A stretch of 27,442 nucleotides of DNA from Spirochaetaceae bacterium (GTDB lineage: Bacteria; Spirochaetota; Spirochaetia; JABEVK01). Positions 15,254 to 26,053 of this stretch are shown piece by piece (positions within the stretch are counted from its first letter, which is position 1; the number at the start of each line of letters is the position of its first letter). The translations under genes and the position numbers were made by a program. The notes beneath the pieces are model-generated. The model saw only the letters and a list, made by a program, of their open reading frames with translations. It was not told the DNA's origin and ran no database searches. The stretch lies in NCBI GenBank assembly GCA_023265735.1, contig JAHFSN010000001.1, positions 1-27,442 of the forward strand, written 5' to 3'.

Positions 15254-16998
15254 GCAGTTCCTTCGACGATCTTTCTCAAGACTTGACCGCGGAAGAAAAG
15301 AAGAATCTCCTCGGCAAGATCCAGGTGAGCCTCAACCTCTCGGCCCGAGACACGGACAGCATCGTTACCAAGGCCGAGGGTCCCGAGGAACTCCATTTTC
15401 GACTCGACCGCGAAGTGGAGAAGCTGGGAGCTGTCGAGCGCTTCTTCGTCAAGGTGGCGGCGTTCTTCTTCAGCCGCACGGAATCGGAGATCATGGTGGA
15501 GCGCAAGCTCGCCCTGGCACGATCCGTTCTTCGCGAGAAGATTCCCGACATGATCAACTTCACCCACCGGGAGTGGACCCCGGAACTGGCCAAGACCATC
15601 TACGACCTGTTGGTAGAGATGGCCCCCCTCAAACCCGCGTTCGAACACCTGTTTCATCAGAAGCTCACCCTGGAGGCCGGCCTTCTCCTCATTTTTCGAG
15701 AGGAGCATCCTACCGCCGCCCGAGATCTCTCGGACCTCTTGAGTGACGAAGAGATCGCTTCCCTCTATCGGGGCGACCAGAAACGATCCACCATACAGAA
15801 CGCGCTGACACGGAAGCTTCAGGCCTACTTTGAGAGCGTCCCTGACCTGATTTATGAAAAGGTGAAAGACCGTCTTCGGCCCCTCTACTATTTGAAGCCC
15901 CTGGTCTTGTTCCCCTACAATTTTGTTTTTGATCCCTTTGGACACAATCCTGACAAATCAGAACTCGCCAAGTACCCCTTCTTTATTGGGGCTCCCTGGC
16001 CTAACGTCGCATCCTTGCTGGAACGGCTCTACTACGGGCTCTACCTGGCGACAAAGATCGATTGGAGGGAGGGCGGTCTCAACCAGCTTCTCCAGGGTGT
16101 GGTTGATCGTCTGTCCGACGAAAAGCAGACCCTGACGGTCGATGAGCTGAACGAGAAACTCGTCAGCGCCATCCGCCTGGCCCAGTCCACCGCCCAAAAG
16201 ATTCCTTGGAGGGAAGTCCTCCAATGGAGCTTCCAGAATCCCTACTATTCCGTCAAATTTGTGCTCCCCAAGTTCTCGGTGCGCGACTTCTATGAGACGA
16301 CCCTGACTCTCAACTTCGAGGAGGAGCTCTCGAGTCGGGTGCCTGAGATCCGCAGGCAGCTGCTCGCCGAAGAAAGGACTTTCCTCTTCGAGGAGAACAA
16401 TCTCTATCCTTTGGAATACTACGTGTCAGGAACGGGGGCTCCCCACGGGGCACAAGTTCGGGTGGAAGGCTTCCAGCACACCGAAACCCTCGGACTCCTT
16501 TGGGGCTTCCTCAGCGGCCATTACACAAAGAGAATCCAGCCGTTCTACCAAAGCCTCTCCCGACTCGTGGCACCGGCCAGCAAATCCAGCCTGCAGCTTG
16601 TCGGCGGCATCGTCGAAGAGCTGACGAACTTGAAGAATGAGATCTTCCAATTCGACCGGACCCTGCATCCTGACAGTCCTGAAGGCAAGGAGTACCAGAA
16701 ACTCCGATACGAGCTCTCGTCCCGGGCCCACAGCCTCAAACCGTTCGTGCAGCTGGTTCAAAAAAAGGACGGCCAAGCCATGGACTTGGTTGATCGCGGC
16801 CTTGAACTGCTCTCGTCGCTGGAAGAGCAGTTCGTGGGCATCAGAGACAGGAACGTTCCGGCGCTCAAGTCGGTCTTGGGCCTCCCGTATCTGTTGGAAG
16901 GCCGACAGGAACTGGTCGAGAACGGTTTGACGAGGATCTTGCTCCTCCTCCAGAAAATCATCTTCGTCATCAAGGAAGCGAGAACCTTTGAAGGGTAG
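15250..16998 (+). CDS. Large alpha-helical hypothetical protein (582 aa), resembles the spirochaete DUF5312 family from memory
   Basis: ATGA overlap with the thiN stop; long ORF with host-like codon usage; family name unverified. Confidence 0.8.
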   Translation: MSSSFDDLSQDLTAEEKKNLLGKIQVSLNLSARDTDSIVTKAEGPEELHFRLDREVEKLGAVERFFVKVAAFFFSRTESEIMVERKLALARSVLREKIPDMINFTHREWTPELAKTIYDLLVEMAPLKPAFEHLFHQKLTLEAGLLLIFREEHPTAARDLSDLLSDEEIASLYRGDQKRSTIQNALTRKLQAYFESVPDLIYEKVKDRLRPLYYLKPLVLFPYNFVFDPFGHNPDKSELAKYPFFIGAPWPNVASLLERLYYGLYLATKIDWREGGLNQLLQGVVDRLSDEKQTLTVDELNEKLVSAIRLAQSTAQKIPWREVLQWSFQNPYYSVKFVLPKFSVRDFYETTLTLNFEEELSSRVPEIRRQLLAEERTFLFEENNLYPLEYYVSGTGAPHGAQVRVEGFQHTETLGLLWGFLSGHYTKRIQPFYQSLSRLVAPASKSSLQLVGGIVEELTNLKNEIFQFDRTLHPDSPEGKEYQKLRYELSSRAHSLKPFVQLVQKKDGQAMDLVDRGLELLSSLEEQFVGIRDRNVPALKSVLGLPYLLEGRQELVENGLTRILLLLQKIIFVIKEARTFEG

Positions 16999-17308
16999 AC
17001 TCAGCACCCTGTCTCTTCGTCTGGCTGTGGCCTGGTTTCTTCTAGACCTCTGTGCTTTGACGCTGTTTCTGATCGGTTCCCTCCAGACCTTTCTCGACAG
17101 AACACTGATGGATTTATTTGTCCAAATTCGGCTCTCCACCTGGCTGGGGCTCCTGGCGGCATGGTTCTTCGTCGTGCCGCTCTCTTGGAACCAGGGGCGG
17201 CGGCTCGTCTTCGCCCTGGTCATCTCGGCATCGTTCACGGGTCTCTTCGCGTTTGTGCTGTTCTGGGGCATCTGGGTGTATCCCCAGATAGGAAATTGGC
17301 CTTGGTGA
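16988..17308 (+). CDS. Small integral membrane protein, about 3 TM helices (106 aa)
   Basis: Three hydrophobic stretches; overlaps the upstream stop and GTGA-overlaps the downstream start. Confidence 0.75.
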   Translation: MKGRLSTLSLRLAVAWFLLDLCALTLFLIGSLQTFLDRTLMDLFVQIRLSTWLGLLAAWFFVVPLSWNQGRRLVFALVISASFTGLFAFVLFWGIWVYPQIGNWPW

Positions 17309-18852
17309 AGCGCATTTGGCTGGTGGCCAGGGAGATGGGAGGGTGGGCCGAAGCCGGCGGAGTCAAGGACGTGGTCCAGGGACAAGCGGAGAGTTTTCTC
17401 AAGATCGGCTGGAACGTTGACGTGGTCCTGCCCCTGTACGGTTTTCTGGCCGACCGGGTCCGAGAAAGGGGCGTCCTCGCCTGGTCGGGAACCTCCTGGC
17501 ATCCCTCCCGAAAGGTTCCCCTGGCCTGTTGGGTCGTCAGGCAGGAGGGACAAACCCTCCACTTCCTGGAGAGCCCGGCTTTTCGGGAGAAGCAGTCCGT
17601 CTACACCTATTCGGCCCAGGAGGAGAGCGTCGACCGCCGAAAGGTCCGCGGACAGGGGTACACGGACGGGTTTGAGATGAACCTGGAGTTTCAGTGGGCC
17701 TGCGTCTCGTACTGGGCCAGCCAAGGCACCCCGCCGGCCCTGGTTCTTGGCCACGACGGGCACGCCGGGTTTCTCCCCGCCATGGCCCGAGGCTTTCCTG
17801 GTTTTGAGGGAAAGTTCCATGCCACAAGGTTTTTCCTCCTGATTCACAATGCGGGCCCCGGGTACCGGCAGGAGATGCCCGTGACGCCATTCCACCAGGA
17901 CCTGCTGGGGTTGCCTCCCGAGGAGGCAAACCGACTCATCCTCGATCGACACTACGATCCGCTGGTGGCCGCGGGGCTCCACGGGAAGCTGGCCACCGTT
18001 AGTCAGAACTACGCCAATGAACTCCTCACAGGGAGAAACGACCACTGGTCAGGGTCCTTCGGACAGTGGCTGAGGACCACCGCGCCCCCCCTGGAAGGGA
18101 TCACGAACGGCATCCTCACCGAGGACAAGGACCCCCGCCATCCCGCTGCGGCGGATCTCCCCGTTGGCTTTGATCCCGAGCACGAGGACTGGGAAGGAAA
18201 GGCGCTGTGCCGACGATCCCTCCAGGAGACCCTCCTGCTCAAGCCCTTGGCCGTATACGGCCGCATGGTCCGCTGGAACGCCGCCCTCTACGTGATGCAG
18301 GGAAGACTGACCGCCCAGAAGGGAGTCGAGGCTCTTCTCGAATTGGTCACCCGGGCCCTGAAGGAGGAACCCAGGGCAGCCTTTCTCCTGATGGCCCAGG
18401 GGGAGAAGGGCTACGAGGAAAGGCTGATCCAGCTCGCTCGGACCACCATCGAGACCGGGCGATTTCTGTTTGTCAACAAATTCGAAGAGCCCCTGTCTCA
18501 GCTGGTTTTCGCCTCGGGCGACTTCTTCCTCATGCCCTCGGAATACGAACCCTGCGGACTGACCGATTTCAAGGCCCAGCTCATGGGAACCCTTCCCATC
18601 GTCCACCGGGTGGGAGGTCTGGTCAAAGTTCTCGACGGAGAGACGGGGTTTTCCTACGCCAAGAACGAAGGTGGAGGCTTCTGGGGCGCCTTCCAAAGAA
18701 GTCTTGACCTCTGGGACCGAGACCCCCAGAGAATTTCGTCCATGCGGAGGAGGGCCTACCGACGGGTCATCGACGAGTTCAACTGGGCGAACATCCTCGT
18801 GCACCAGTACGTTCCGTGGTTGACACACGCCGACGAGGCTTCTATTCTCTAG
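17305..18852 (+). CDS. glgA: Glycogen/starch synthase-like glycosyltransferase (GT5), variant N-terminal loop
   Basis: EAGGVKDV (canonical KTGGLxDV), VLPLYG, HDGH, LIHN, NGI, GRLTAQKG, MPSEYEPCGL, G.LPIV..VGGL, FNW; start reassigned to GTG 17305 (TTG 17302 possible). Confidence 0.88.
   Translation: MKRIWLVAREMGGWAEAGGVKDVVQGQAESFLKIGWNVDVVLPLYGFLADRVRERGVLAWSGTSWHPSRKVPLACWVVRQEGQTLHFLESPAFREKQSVYTYSAQEESVDRRKVRGQGYTDGFEMNLEFQWACVSYWASQGTPPALVLGHDGHAGFLPAMARGFPGFEGKFHATRFFLLIHNAGPGYRQEMPVTPFHQDLLGLPPEEANRLILDRHYDPLVAAGLHGKLATVSQNYANELLTGRNDHWSGSFGQWLRTTAPPLEGITNGILTEDKDPRHPAAADLPVGFDPEHEDWEGKALCRRSLQETLLLKPLAVYGRMVRWNAALYVMQGRLTAQKGVEALLELVTRALKEEPRAAFLLMAQGEKGYEERLIQLARTTIETGRFLFVNKFEEPLSQLVFASGDFFLMPSEYEPCGLTDFKAQLMGTLPIVHRVGGLVKVLDGETGFSYAKNEGGGFWGAFQRSLDLWDRDPQRISSMRRRAYRRVIDEFNWANILVHQYVPWLTHADEASIL
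18820..18848 (+). promoter_or_regulatory. Sigma70 promoter for tRNA-Thr, inside the last codons of glgA
   Basis: TTGACA (18820-18825), 17 nt, TATTCT (18843-18848). Confidence 0.85.
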
Positions 18853-18858
18853 GCGTTT

Positions 18859-18930
18859 GCCAACTTAGCTTAGTGGTAGAGCAGCGGTTTTGTAAACCGC
18901 AGGTCCTCGGTTCAATTCCGAGAGTTGGCT
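18859..18930 (+). tRNA. tRNA-Thr (UGU), CCA not encoded
   Basis: Acceptor GCCAACT/AGTTGGC, D arm TAGCTTAGTGGTAGAGC, anticodon arm GCGGT-TTTGTAA-ACCGC, T arm CTCGGTTCAATTCCGAG. Confidence 0.97.
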
Positions 18931-18959
18931 TGACAGAAAATCCGGTCCTGTGCTAATTT
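18930..18959 (+). promoter_or_regulatory. Second promoter for tRNA-Tyr overlapping the tRNA-Thr 3' end
   Basis: TTGACA (18930-18935), 18 nt, extended -10 TGc-TAATTT (18951-18959). Confidence 0.65.
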
Positions 18960-18971
18960 TCGTCTCGCTTC

Positions 18972-19054
18972 GGGGAGATTCCTGAGTGGCCAAAAGGGGC
19001 AGACTGTAAATCTGTTGCGTTCACGCTTCGTAGGTTCGAATCCTACTCTCCCCA
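18972..19054 (+). tRNA. tRNA-Tyr (GUA), long variable arm, CCA not encoded
   Basis: Acceptor GGGGAGA/TCTCCCC, anticodon arm GCAGA-CTGTAAA-TCTGT, variable arm, T arm GTAGGTTCGAATCCTAC. Confidence 0.97.
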
Positions 19055-19056
19055 AG

Positions 19057-19082
19057 AGCCTTCTGCAGAGAAGGCTTTTTTT
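19057..19082 (+). terminator. Intrinsic terminator after tRNA-Tyr
   Basis: AGCCTTCT GCAG AGAAGGCT with T run 19076-19082. Confidence 0.85.
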
Positions 19083-19087
19083 ATTGT

Positions 19088-19531
19088 ATGGTACCGACCT
19101 TCTATGACCAAGGTTTGAAGTTTGAATGCACCCAGTGCCACGCCTGCTGCCGGCATGACCCTGGGTACGTCTTCCTCTCCCGGCAGGATCTCGACGTCCT
19201 AGCAGCGGGAGTCGGTCTTGACCCCGCGGCGTTCGTCGAGCGTTTTGCCAGGTGGGTCGACCTGGGCAGCGGGCCCGTGCTGAGCCTTCGGGAGAAACCC
19301 AACTACGACTGTATCTTCTGGGACCAGGGGTGTACGGTGTACAAACACAGGCCCGTCCAATGTAGAACCTACCCCTTTTGGGAGGGCCCGACGACTTCCC
19401 AGGAAAAATGGAAATGGGAAGGCCGGTTCTGTCCAGGAATCAATCGAGGAAAGGTTCACACCAAGGCGGAGATTGAGGCGGCGCTGGAAGAGCGCAGGGC
19501 CCATCCCGTCCTGAGGAAGGGCGAGGTATGA
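19088..19531 (+). CDS. YkgJ-family CxxCxxCC cysteine-cluster (Zn or Fe-S) protein
   Basis: FECTQCHACC...CIFW...CTVYKHRPVQCRTYPFW...CPG. Confidence 0.9.
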   Translation: MVPTFYDQGLKFECTQCHACCRHDPGYVFLSRQDLDVLAAGVGLDPAAFVERFARWVDLGSGPVLSLREKPNYDCIFWDQGCTVYKHRPVQCRTYPFWEGPTTSQEKWKWEGRFCPGINRGKVHTKAEIEAALEERRAHPVLRKGEV

Positions 19532-20472
19532 AGTTTCGCTTCTGGGGAGTCCGAGGATCGTTACCCTGTCCCGAAACCCCGGAAGCGGTGCGGGCGAAGG
19601 TTTCCACCATCATCAACCGGGTCCAGTCGTCAGATCTGGTCAGTCCCGAAAGCCGCGAACGCTTCCTTGCGGGACTTCCCCCGGAACTTTTTGGGTCCAT
19701 CGGGGGAAATACCACTTGCTTTGAGGTGGAAGGTTCACCCCGAGAGATCCTGGTCGTTGACGCGGGCACGGGCCTGCGCGAACTGGGGACCTTTTACGAA
19801 TCCTCCCCCTCGTCTCCCAAGCACTATCACATCTTCTTTACCCATTTTCATTGGGACCACCTGCAAGGGTTGCCGTTCTTCCAAGGTCTCTTCCAGCGTG
19901 GCAACACCATCAGCTTCTATTCTCCGATGAAGGGTTTTGAGAAGTGGGTCCGCCAGCAGATGGACGAACCTTTCTTTCCCGTTCCTCTCTCGGTCCTGCC
20001 CGCCAGGATGTTCTTCGTCGAGCTCGACGAAGGGCCCCTTGTCATTGCGGGAACCCAGGTACGCTGGCGCTCGGTGAACCATCCTGGAAGTTGCGTCTGC
20101 TACCGCTTCGAGCGGGACGGCAAGTCGTTGATCTTCAGCACGGACACCGAATTGCGGGTCGTGGATTTCGACAAATCCCCGGAGAATCTCTTGTTCTATG
20201 ACGAGGTGGACGTTCTTGTCATGGACGCCCAGTACACCCTCGACGAAGCGATCGAACGGCCGGACTGGGGGCACAGCTCTTCGGGTCTTGCCGTCGAATT
20301 TGCCCTGGATTTCCACGCGAAAACCTTGTACCTTTTTCATCACGAGCCCAACCACGACGACTCGCGGATCGAGGAGATCGGGCGGCTGGCCCAGTGGTAC
20401 GCCGATCACAAACGTCCCGGTGGCCTCAAGGTCCTGGTCGCCCGTGAAGGCCGGAAAGGACACAAGGTATGA
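19528..20472 (+). CDS. Metallo-beta-lactamase-fold hydrolase (phosphodiesterase/RNase Z-like superfamily)
   Basis: WGVRGS, GGNTTC, DAGTG, THFHWDHLQG (HxHxDH), NHPG, TDTE, DAQY, WGHSS, FHHEP. Confidence 0.92.
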   Translation: MKFRFWGVRGSLPCPETPEAVRAKVSTIINRVQSSDLVSPESRERFLAGLPPELFGSIGGNTTCFEVEGSPREILVVDAGTGLRELGTFYESSPSSPKHYHIFFTHFHWDHLQGLPFFQGLFQRGNTISFYSPMKGFEKWVRQQMDEPFFPVPLSVLPARMFFVELDEGPLVIAGTQVRWRSVNHPGSCVCYRFERDGKSLIFSTDTELRVVDFDKSPENLLFYDEVDVLVMDAQYTLDEAIERPDWGHSSSGLAVEFALDFHAKTLYLFHHEPNHDDSRIEEIGRLAQWYADHKRPGGLKVLVAREGRKGHKV

Positions 20473-20645
20473 GCGACGTGATCCTTCAGCTGCCAGAGAC
20501 CGAAGCCCGGGGCCTCTACCGGCTCCTCCACCGGTTGGACGAAGGCCAGGAGGCTTACGCCGAGGCCTACCGCCAGCTGCAACTGCATTTCTTTCGGGTC
20601 CTTACGGTGGAAGAACTGACCCGTCTGCTCGATGGTGACCTGTGA
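20469..20645 (+). CDS. Small hypothetical protein (58 aa), absent from the ORF track
   Basis: MSDVILQLPETEARGLYRLLHRLDEGQEAYAEAYRQLQLHFFRVLTVEELTRLLDGDL; fills the gap exactly, ATGA overlap upstream and GTGA overlap downstream, GC3-rich codons. Confidence 0.75.
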   Translation: MSDVILQLPETEARGLYRLLHRLDEGQEAYAEAYRQLQLHFFRVLTVEELTRLLDGDL

Positions 20646-21664
20646 AAATGATCCAAAAGCTCCTTCTTGTCGGGGGAATTGCCGTGGGGTTGGCCGCAAT
20701 CGGCGGGTTTTCGTGGGTCCTCTGGGAAGACCGGCCGGCCGAGGCGTCCCAGACGCAACTCTTTCGCGTTCCAGGGGGGGAAGCTCTGGCCGTCACGGCC
20801 GAACGGCTATCGGACCGGCGCCTGATACGCAACCCGGTGCTGTTCCGGTGGGTCTACCAGATCCTCGAGGGGGATGGGGCCTTCCCCGCAGGCACGTATT
20901 CGGTACCCGGGGGGCTCTCTGGCCACGAAGCTGCCGCTTACTTCCGGCACGCCAAGCCGCTTCAGGTGCGGATCACGGTTCCCGAAGGCTGGACGGCCAG
21001 CAAGATTGCCCGGCTCCTTGAAGAGAAGCAGGTCGTTTCGGCCAAGGAGTTCCTGGCGGTTGTCAGCCATCCGGAAACCCTGGGAAACCTGGGACAGGGG
21101 CTTGCCACCCTGGAAGGCAGACTTTTTCCTGACACCTACCAATTTTCTCTGGCCACTCCCGCCGTCGACGTCGCCAAGACCTTTGTCCAAACCTTCCAGG
21201 AACGCACGGCGAAGTGGGCCGGCCAGCTATCCCCCGAAGACCTCAACCGGAAGATCGTTCTGGCTTCGATCGTCGAGCGCGAATACCGTGTGAACGAGGA
21301 GGCTCCCCTGATTGCCTCCGTCTTCCAGAATCGACTGGACAAGGGAATTGCCTTGGGTTCTTGCGCGACCATTGAATACATTCTCACGGAGATTCAGGGG
21401 CGTCCCCACCCGAAGCGGGTGTACTTCGTCTATACCCAAATTCCCTCTCCCTACAACACCTACCTCAACCGCGGTTTACCCCCCGGCCCCATTTCCAACC
21501 CCGGATTGGCGTCCCTTCGGGCGGCCTTCGAACCCGCCAAGACAGACTATCTCTATTTTGTCGTGGCCGACGCTTCACGGGGAACGCATCAGTTTTCCTC
21601 CAACTGGTCCCAGCACGAAAAAGCGAGGGAAGCCTACCTGAATTCCTTCGTTTCCAAGGGGTGA
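20642..21664 (+). CDS. mltG: Endolytic peptidoglycan transglycosylase MltG (YceG)
   Basis: N-terminal TM helix, ITVPEGW, LEGRLFPDTY, LASIVERE, SPYNTYLNRGLPPGPISNPG, YLYFV. Confidence 0.96.
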   Translation: MKMIQKLLLVGGIAVGLAAIGGFSWVLWEDRPAEASQTQLFRVPGGEALAVTAERLSDRRLIRNPVLFRWVYQILEGDGAFPAGTYSVPGGLSGHEAAAYFRHAKPLQVRITVPEGWTASKIARLLEEKQVVSAKEFLAVVSHPETLGNLGQGLATLEGRLFPDTYQFSLATPAVDVAKTFVQTFQERTAKWAGQLSPEDLNRKIVLASIVEREYRVNEEAPLIASVFQNRLDKGIALGSCATIEYILTEIQGRPHPKRVYFVYTQIPSPYNTYLNRGLPPGPISNPGLASLRAAFEPAKTDYLYFVVADASRGTHQFSSNWSQHEKAREAYLNSFVSKG

Positions 21665-23423
21665 CCATGGCCTTCTCGGAAGCTCTCCTTCAGGAAGTTC
21701 TCACCAAGACGGACCTGGTCGGCCTTATCGGGGAATACGTGAGCCTCCGTGCGAACGGCCAGCGGTACTGGGGGCTTTGTCCGTTCCACAACGAGAAGTC
21801 CCCCAGCTTCACGGTCAACCCGGCCAACCAATTCTTCTACTGCTTCGGCTGCCAGGAGAAGGGCAACGCCTTCGGCTTCCTGATGAAGATCGAACGGGTG
21901 CCGTTTCCGGAGGCCGTCCGCAAGCTCGCCGACAAGGCGGGTATCCTTGTTCCCGAGCAGGAAACTCCCCAAGACAAGGACAGGCAGGCGGTGGTCGAGC
22001 TTCTCAGCCGACTCACGAAATCGTTTCATCATCTCTTGCTCAACCACCCCGAAGCCGCCGGTGCCCGGCAGACGCTTTCCAGCCGGGGGGTGAGCGCGGC
22101 GATGATCGAGGAATTCCAGCTCGGTTATGCACTCAAGGGGAGAGGCTGGCTCAAGCGGTTCCTCACGGAGAGATCCTACGACGCGGCCTTTCTGGCCAGA
22201 ACAGGACTCTACTCCCTCAACAACCAGGACGCCTTCCTCTTTTCGGGCCGCCTCCTGTTTCCCATCCGGTTTCCCAGCCACGAAACCGTCGGATTTGGGG
22301 GACGGCTCCTCGAGGGAGACGGTCCCAAATACATCAACTCGCCCGAAACCACGGTGTTCCAGAAGCGCCGGATGCTCTACGCCTGGGACCGCGCACTGCC
22401 CCATATCCGGGAAAAACAGCAGGCCATCCTGTGCGAAGGGTATATGGACGCCATTGCCCTCCATCAGGCCGGCCTCGACTGGGCTGTGGCCCCCCTGGGC
22501 ACGTCATTCACCGAAGAACAAGCCAGCTTGATCCAACGGGCCGCCAAGTCCGTGGTTTGCCTCTTCGACAGCGACGAAGCGGGCCAGAGGGCGGCGGCCA
22601 AGGCCGTGGAAACCTGCGAGGCCGTGGGACTCGACACTTTTGTGGCCCGGACCCCGGGGAGCAAGGACCCCTCGGAACTTCTGGAAAAAGAAGGGCCCGA
22701 AGCGGTGCAAAACCTCCTCAATACACCCCAAAAAGGTTTTGATTTTCTTCTCGGTTTCCGCTATAATGCGTTCACGCGGGATTCCGGTCTCGACGTGAAG
22801 GGATTTATCGGAGAGATTTTTGCTTTTTTGTCCCGGTTGGACAACGGTGTTCAAAGGGAGACCTTCCTGAGCAGGACCGCGGATTACTTGGGGATTCAAA
22901 AAGAGACCTTGATTGGTGACTTTACCAAAAGCGACCATCGTCTGACGGATCGTGCCTTGGCCGCCCGCCAAAAAGCCCCCCGGAGCGGGGGTTCTGGCCG
23001 ATCGTTGGAATGGTCCCTTGTTGTCATCGTCGTATCCTCGCCCGAGCTCTTCAAGGAATTGCGCAAGGAACTCAGCCCTGAGGACTTTGAGGAGGACCGG
23101 TGCCGTGCCTTGCTGGGAATTCTGGAGGACATGGTCGCCGAAGGGCAGGGGAGCTTCCCGCTTTCTGAGATCGTTTCGCGGTTGAACAACGAGACCTGGA
23201 CCGAAGAACTGGAAAAGGATGTGATGTCTGGGGAATACGTAGCCCACGCCGAGGAACAGCTGCGGGGCGGGGTTTCCAAGATCAAGGTCCGAACCCTTTC
23301 CGAGCAAAGACGGAAAGTTAAGGCTCGACTCGACCAGGCAACGTCCGATGATGAGAAAACGAGGTTTCTCCAGGAACACAAGTTTCTAGGGGAAGAAATC
23401 TCCCGACTGAAGGGGAACGATTG

Positions 23424-23424
<1 letters not shown>
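21661..23424 (+). CDS. dnaG: DNA primase DnaG (start GTG 21661 or ATG 21667)
   Basis: CHC2 zinc finger [11 protein letters not shown]...[42 protein letters not shown]. Confidence 0.97.
22739..22767 (+). promoter_or_regulatory. Putative internal promoter in dnaG, probably for rpoD
   Basis: TTGATT (22739-22744), 17 nt, perfect TATAAT (22762-22767) in a locally AT-rich patch. Confidence 0.65.
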
Positions 23425-25229
<1,805 letters not shown>

Positions 25230-25243
25230 GCAAAAGGAAACCC

Positions 25244-26038
25244 ATGGAAGCCACTTTCGAGAAACTGAGGACCCTGCAGGATATCCTCTACGCGAAATTC
25301 AAGCTGGAAAAGGAAATCAACGAGATTCCCAAGGCCTTGGTCACCAAGACCGAGGTGCTCAACCGTGCCAAGAAGGCGTTCATTGAACGCAACGAAGCCG
25401 GCGAGCAGGGCAAGGCCAAGCTTCGCCGCCTGACCCTCGAGCTTACGGATGCGACCAAGAAGCGTGAAGGCTTCGAGAAGCAGATGGATCTCATCAAGAC
25501 TCAGAAGGAGTACGAAGCCCTCGACAAGGAGATTCGTGACGCCACTGAACGTGAACAGACCCTGCGCAAGGATATCCAGAAGGAAGAACGAGACCTCGAG
25601 GAACTGCTGGGCACCCTGGAGAAGCAGGAAAGGCAGATCGCCCTCGATGAAGAAGAACTGAAAGAGGAAGGCGAGAAGATCCAAGCCGAGGGAACCTCCA
25701 AGAAGGACCATCACGCCGAACTGGTCGCCCAAGAGAAGGGGATTACCCCTGGGATGGACGAAGACATCCTGTTCAAGTTCGAGCGCATCATCCGGAACAA
25801 AGAGGGTCTCGGCATTGTCCCCATTGTCAATGGATGCTGTTCCGGGTGTCATATCATCCTTCCCATGCAGTTCGTGAATGAAGTTCGAAACCAGGACAAG
25901 ATTCGATTTTGCCCCTACTGCAGCCGTATCCTCTATTTCCAAAGTGGAATGGACCCGGCCAAGCGAGATCAGATCGAGGCCGGTTCCCTCGCGGAGCTTG
26001 TGGACGAAGAAGAAGAAGCCGATTCAGACGAAGAATAA
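25244..26038 (+). CDS. Coiled-coil plus C4 zinc-ribbon protein (CT398/CdsZ, HP0958/FlgZ-like; DUF164)
   Basis: About 190-aa coiled coil, GLGIVPIVNGCCSGCHIILP...IRFCPYCSRILY, acidic tail. Confidence 0.92.
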   Translation: MEATFEKLRTLQDILYAKFKLEKEINEIPKALVTKTEVLNRAKKAFIERNEAGEQGKAKLRRLTLELTDATKKREGFEKQMDLIKTQKEYEALDKEIRDATEREQTLRKDIQKEERDLEELLGTLEKQERQIALDEEELKEEGEKIQAEGTSKKDHHAELVAQEKGITPGMDEDILFKFERIIRNKEGLGIVPIVNGCCSGCHIILPMQFVNEVRNQDKIRFCPYCSRILYFQSGMDPAKRDQIEAGSLAELVDEEEEADSDEE

Positions 26039-26053
26039 GAAGAAGGAGTAGGG

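Noticed and set aside
18859-19090. tRNA 3' ends as integration sites for a prophage or island
   Set aside because: No integrase, no duplicated tRNA end seen, and flanking genes are core and syntenic.
26004-26050. GAA-rich repeat before rnpB as a CRISPR or tandem repeat
   Set aside because: It encodes the acidic tail of the zinc-ribbon protein plus a short spacer; no repeat-spacer periodicity anywhere in the window.
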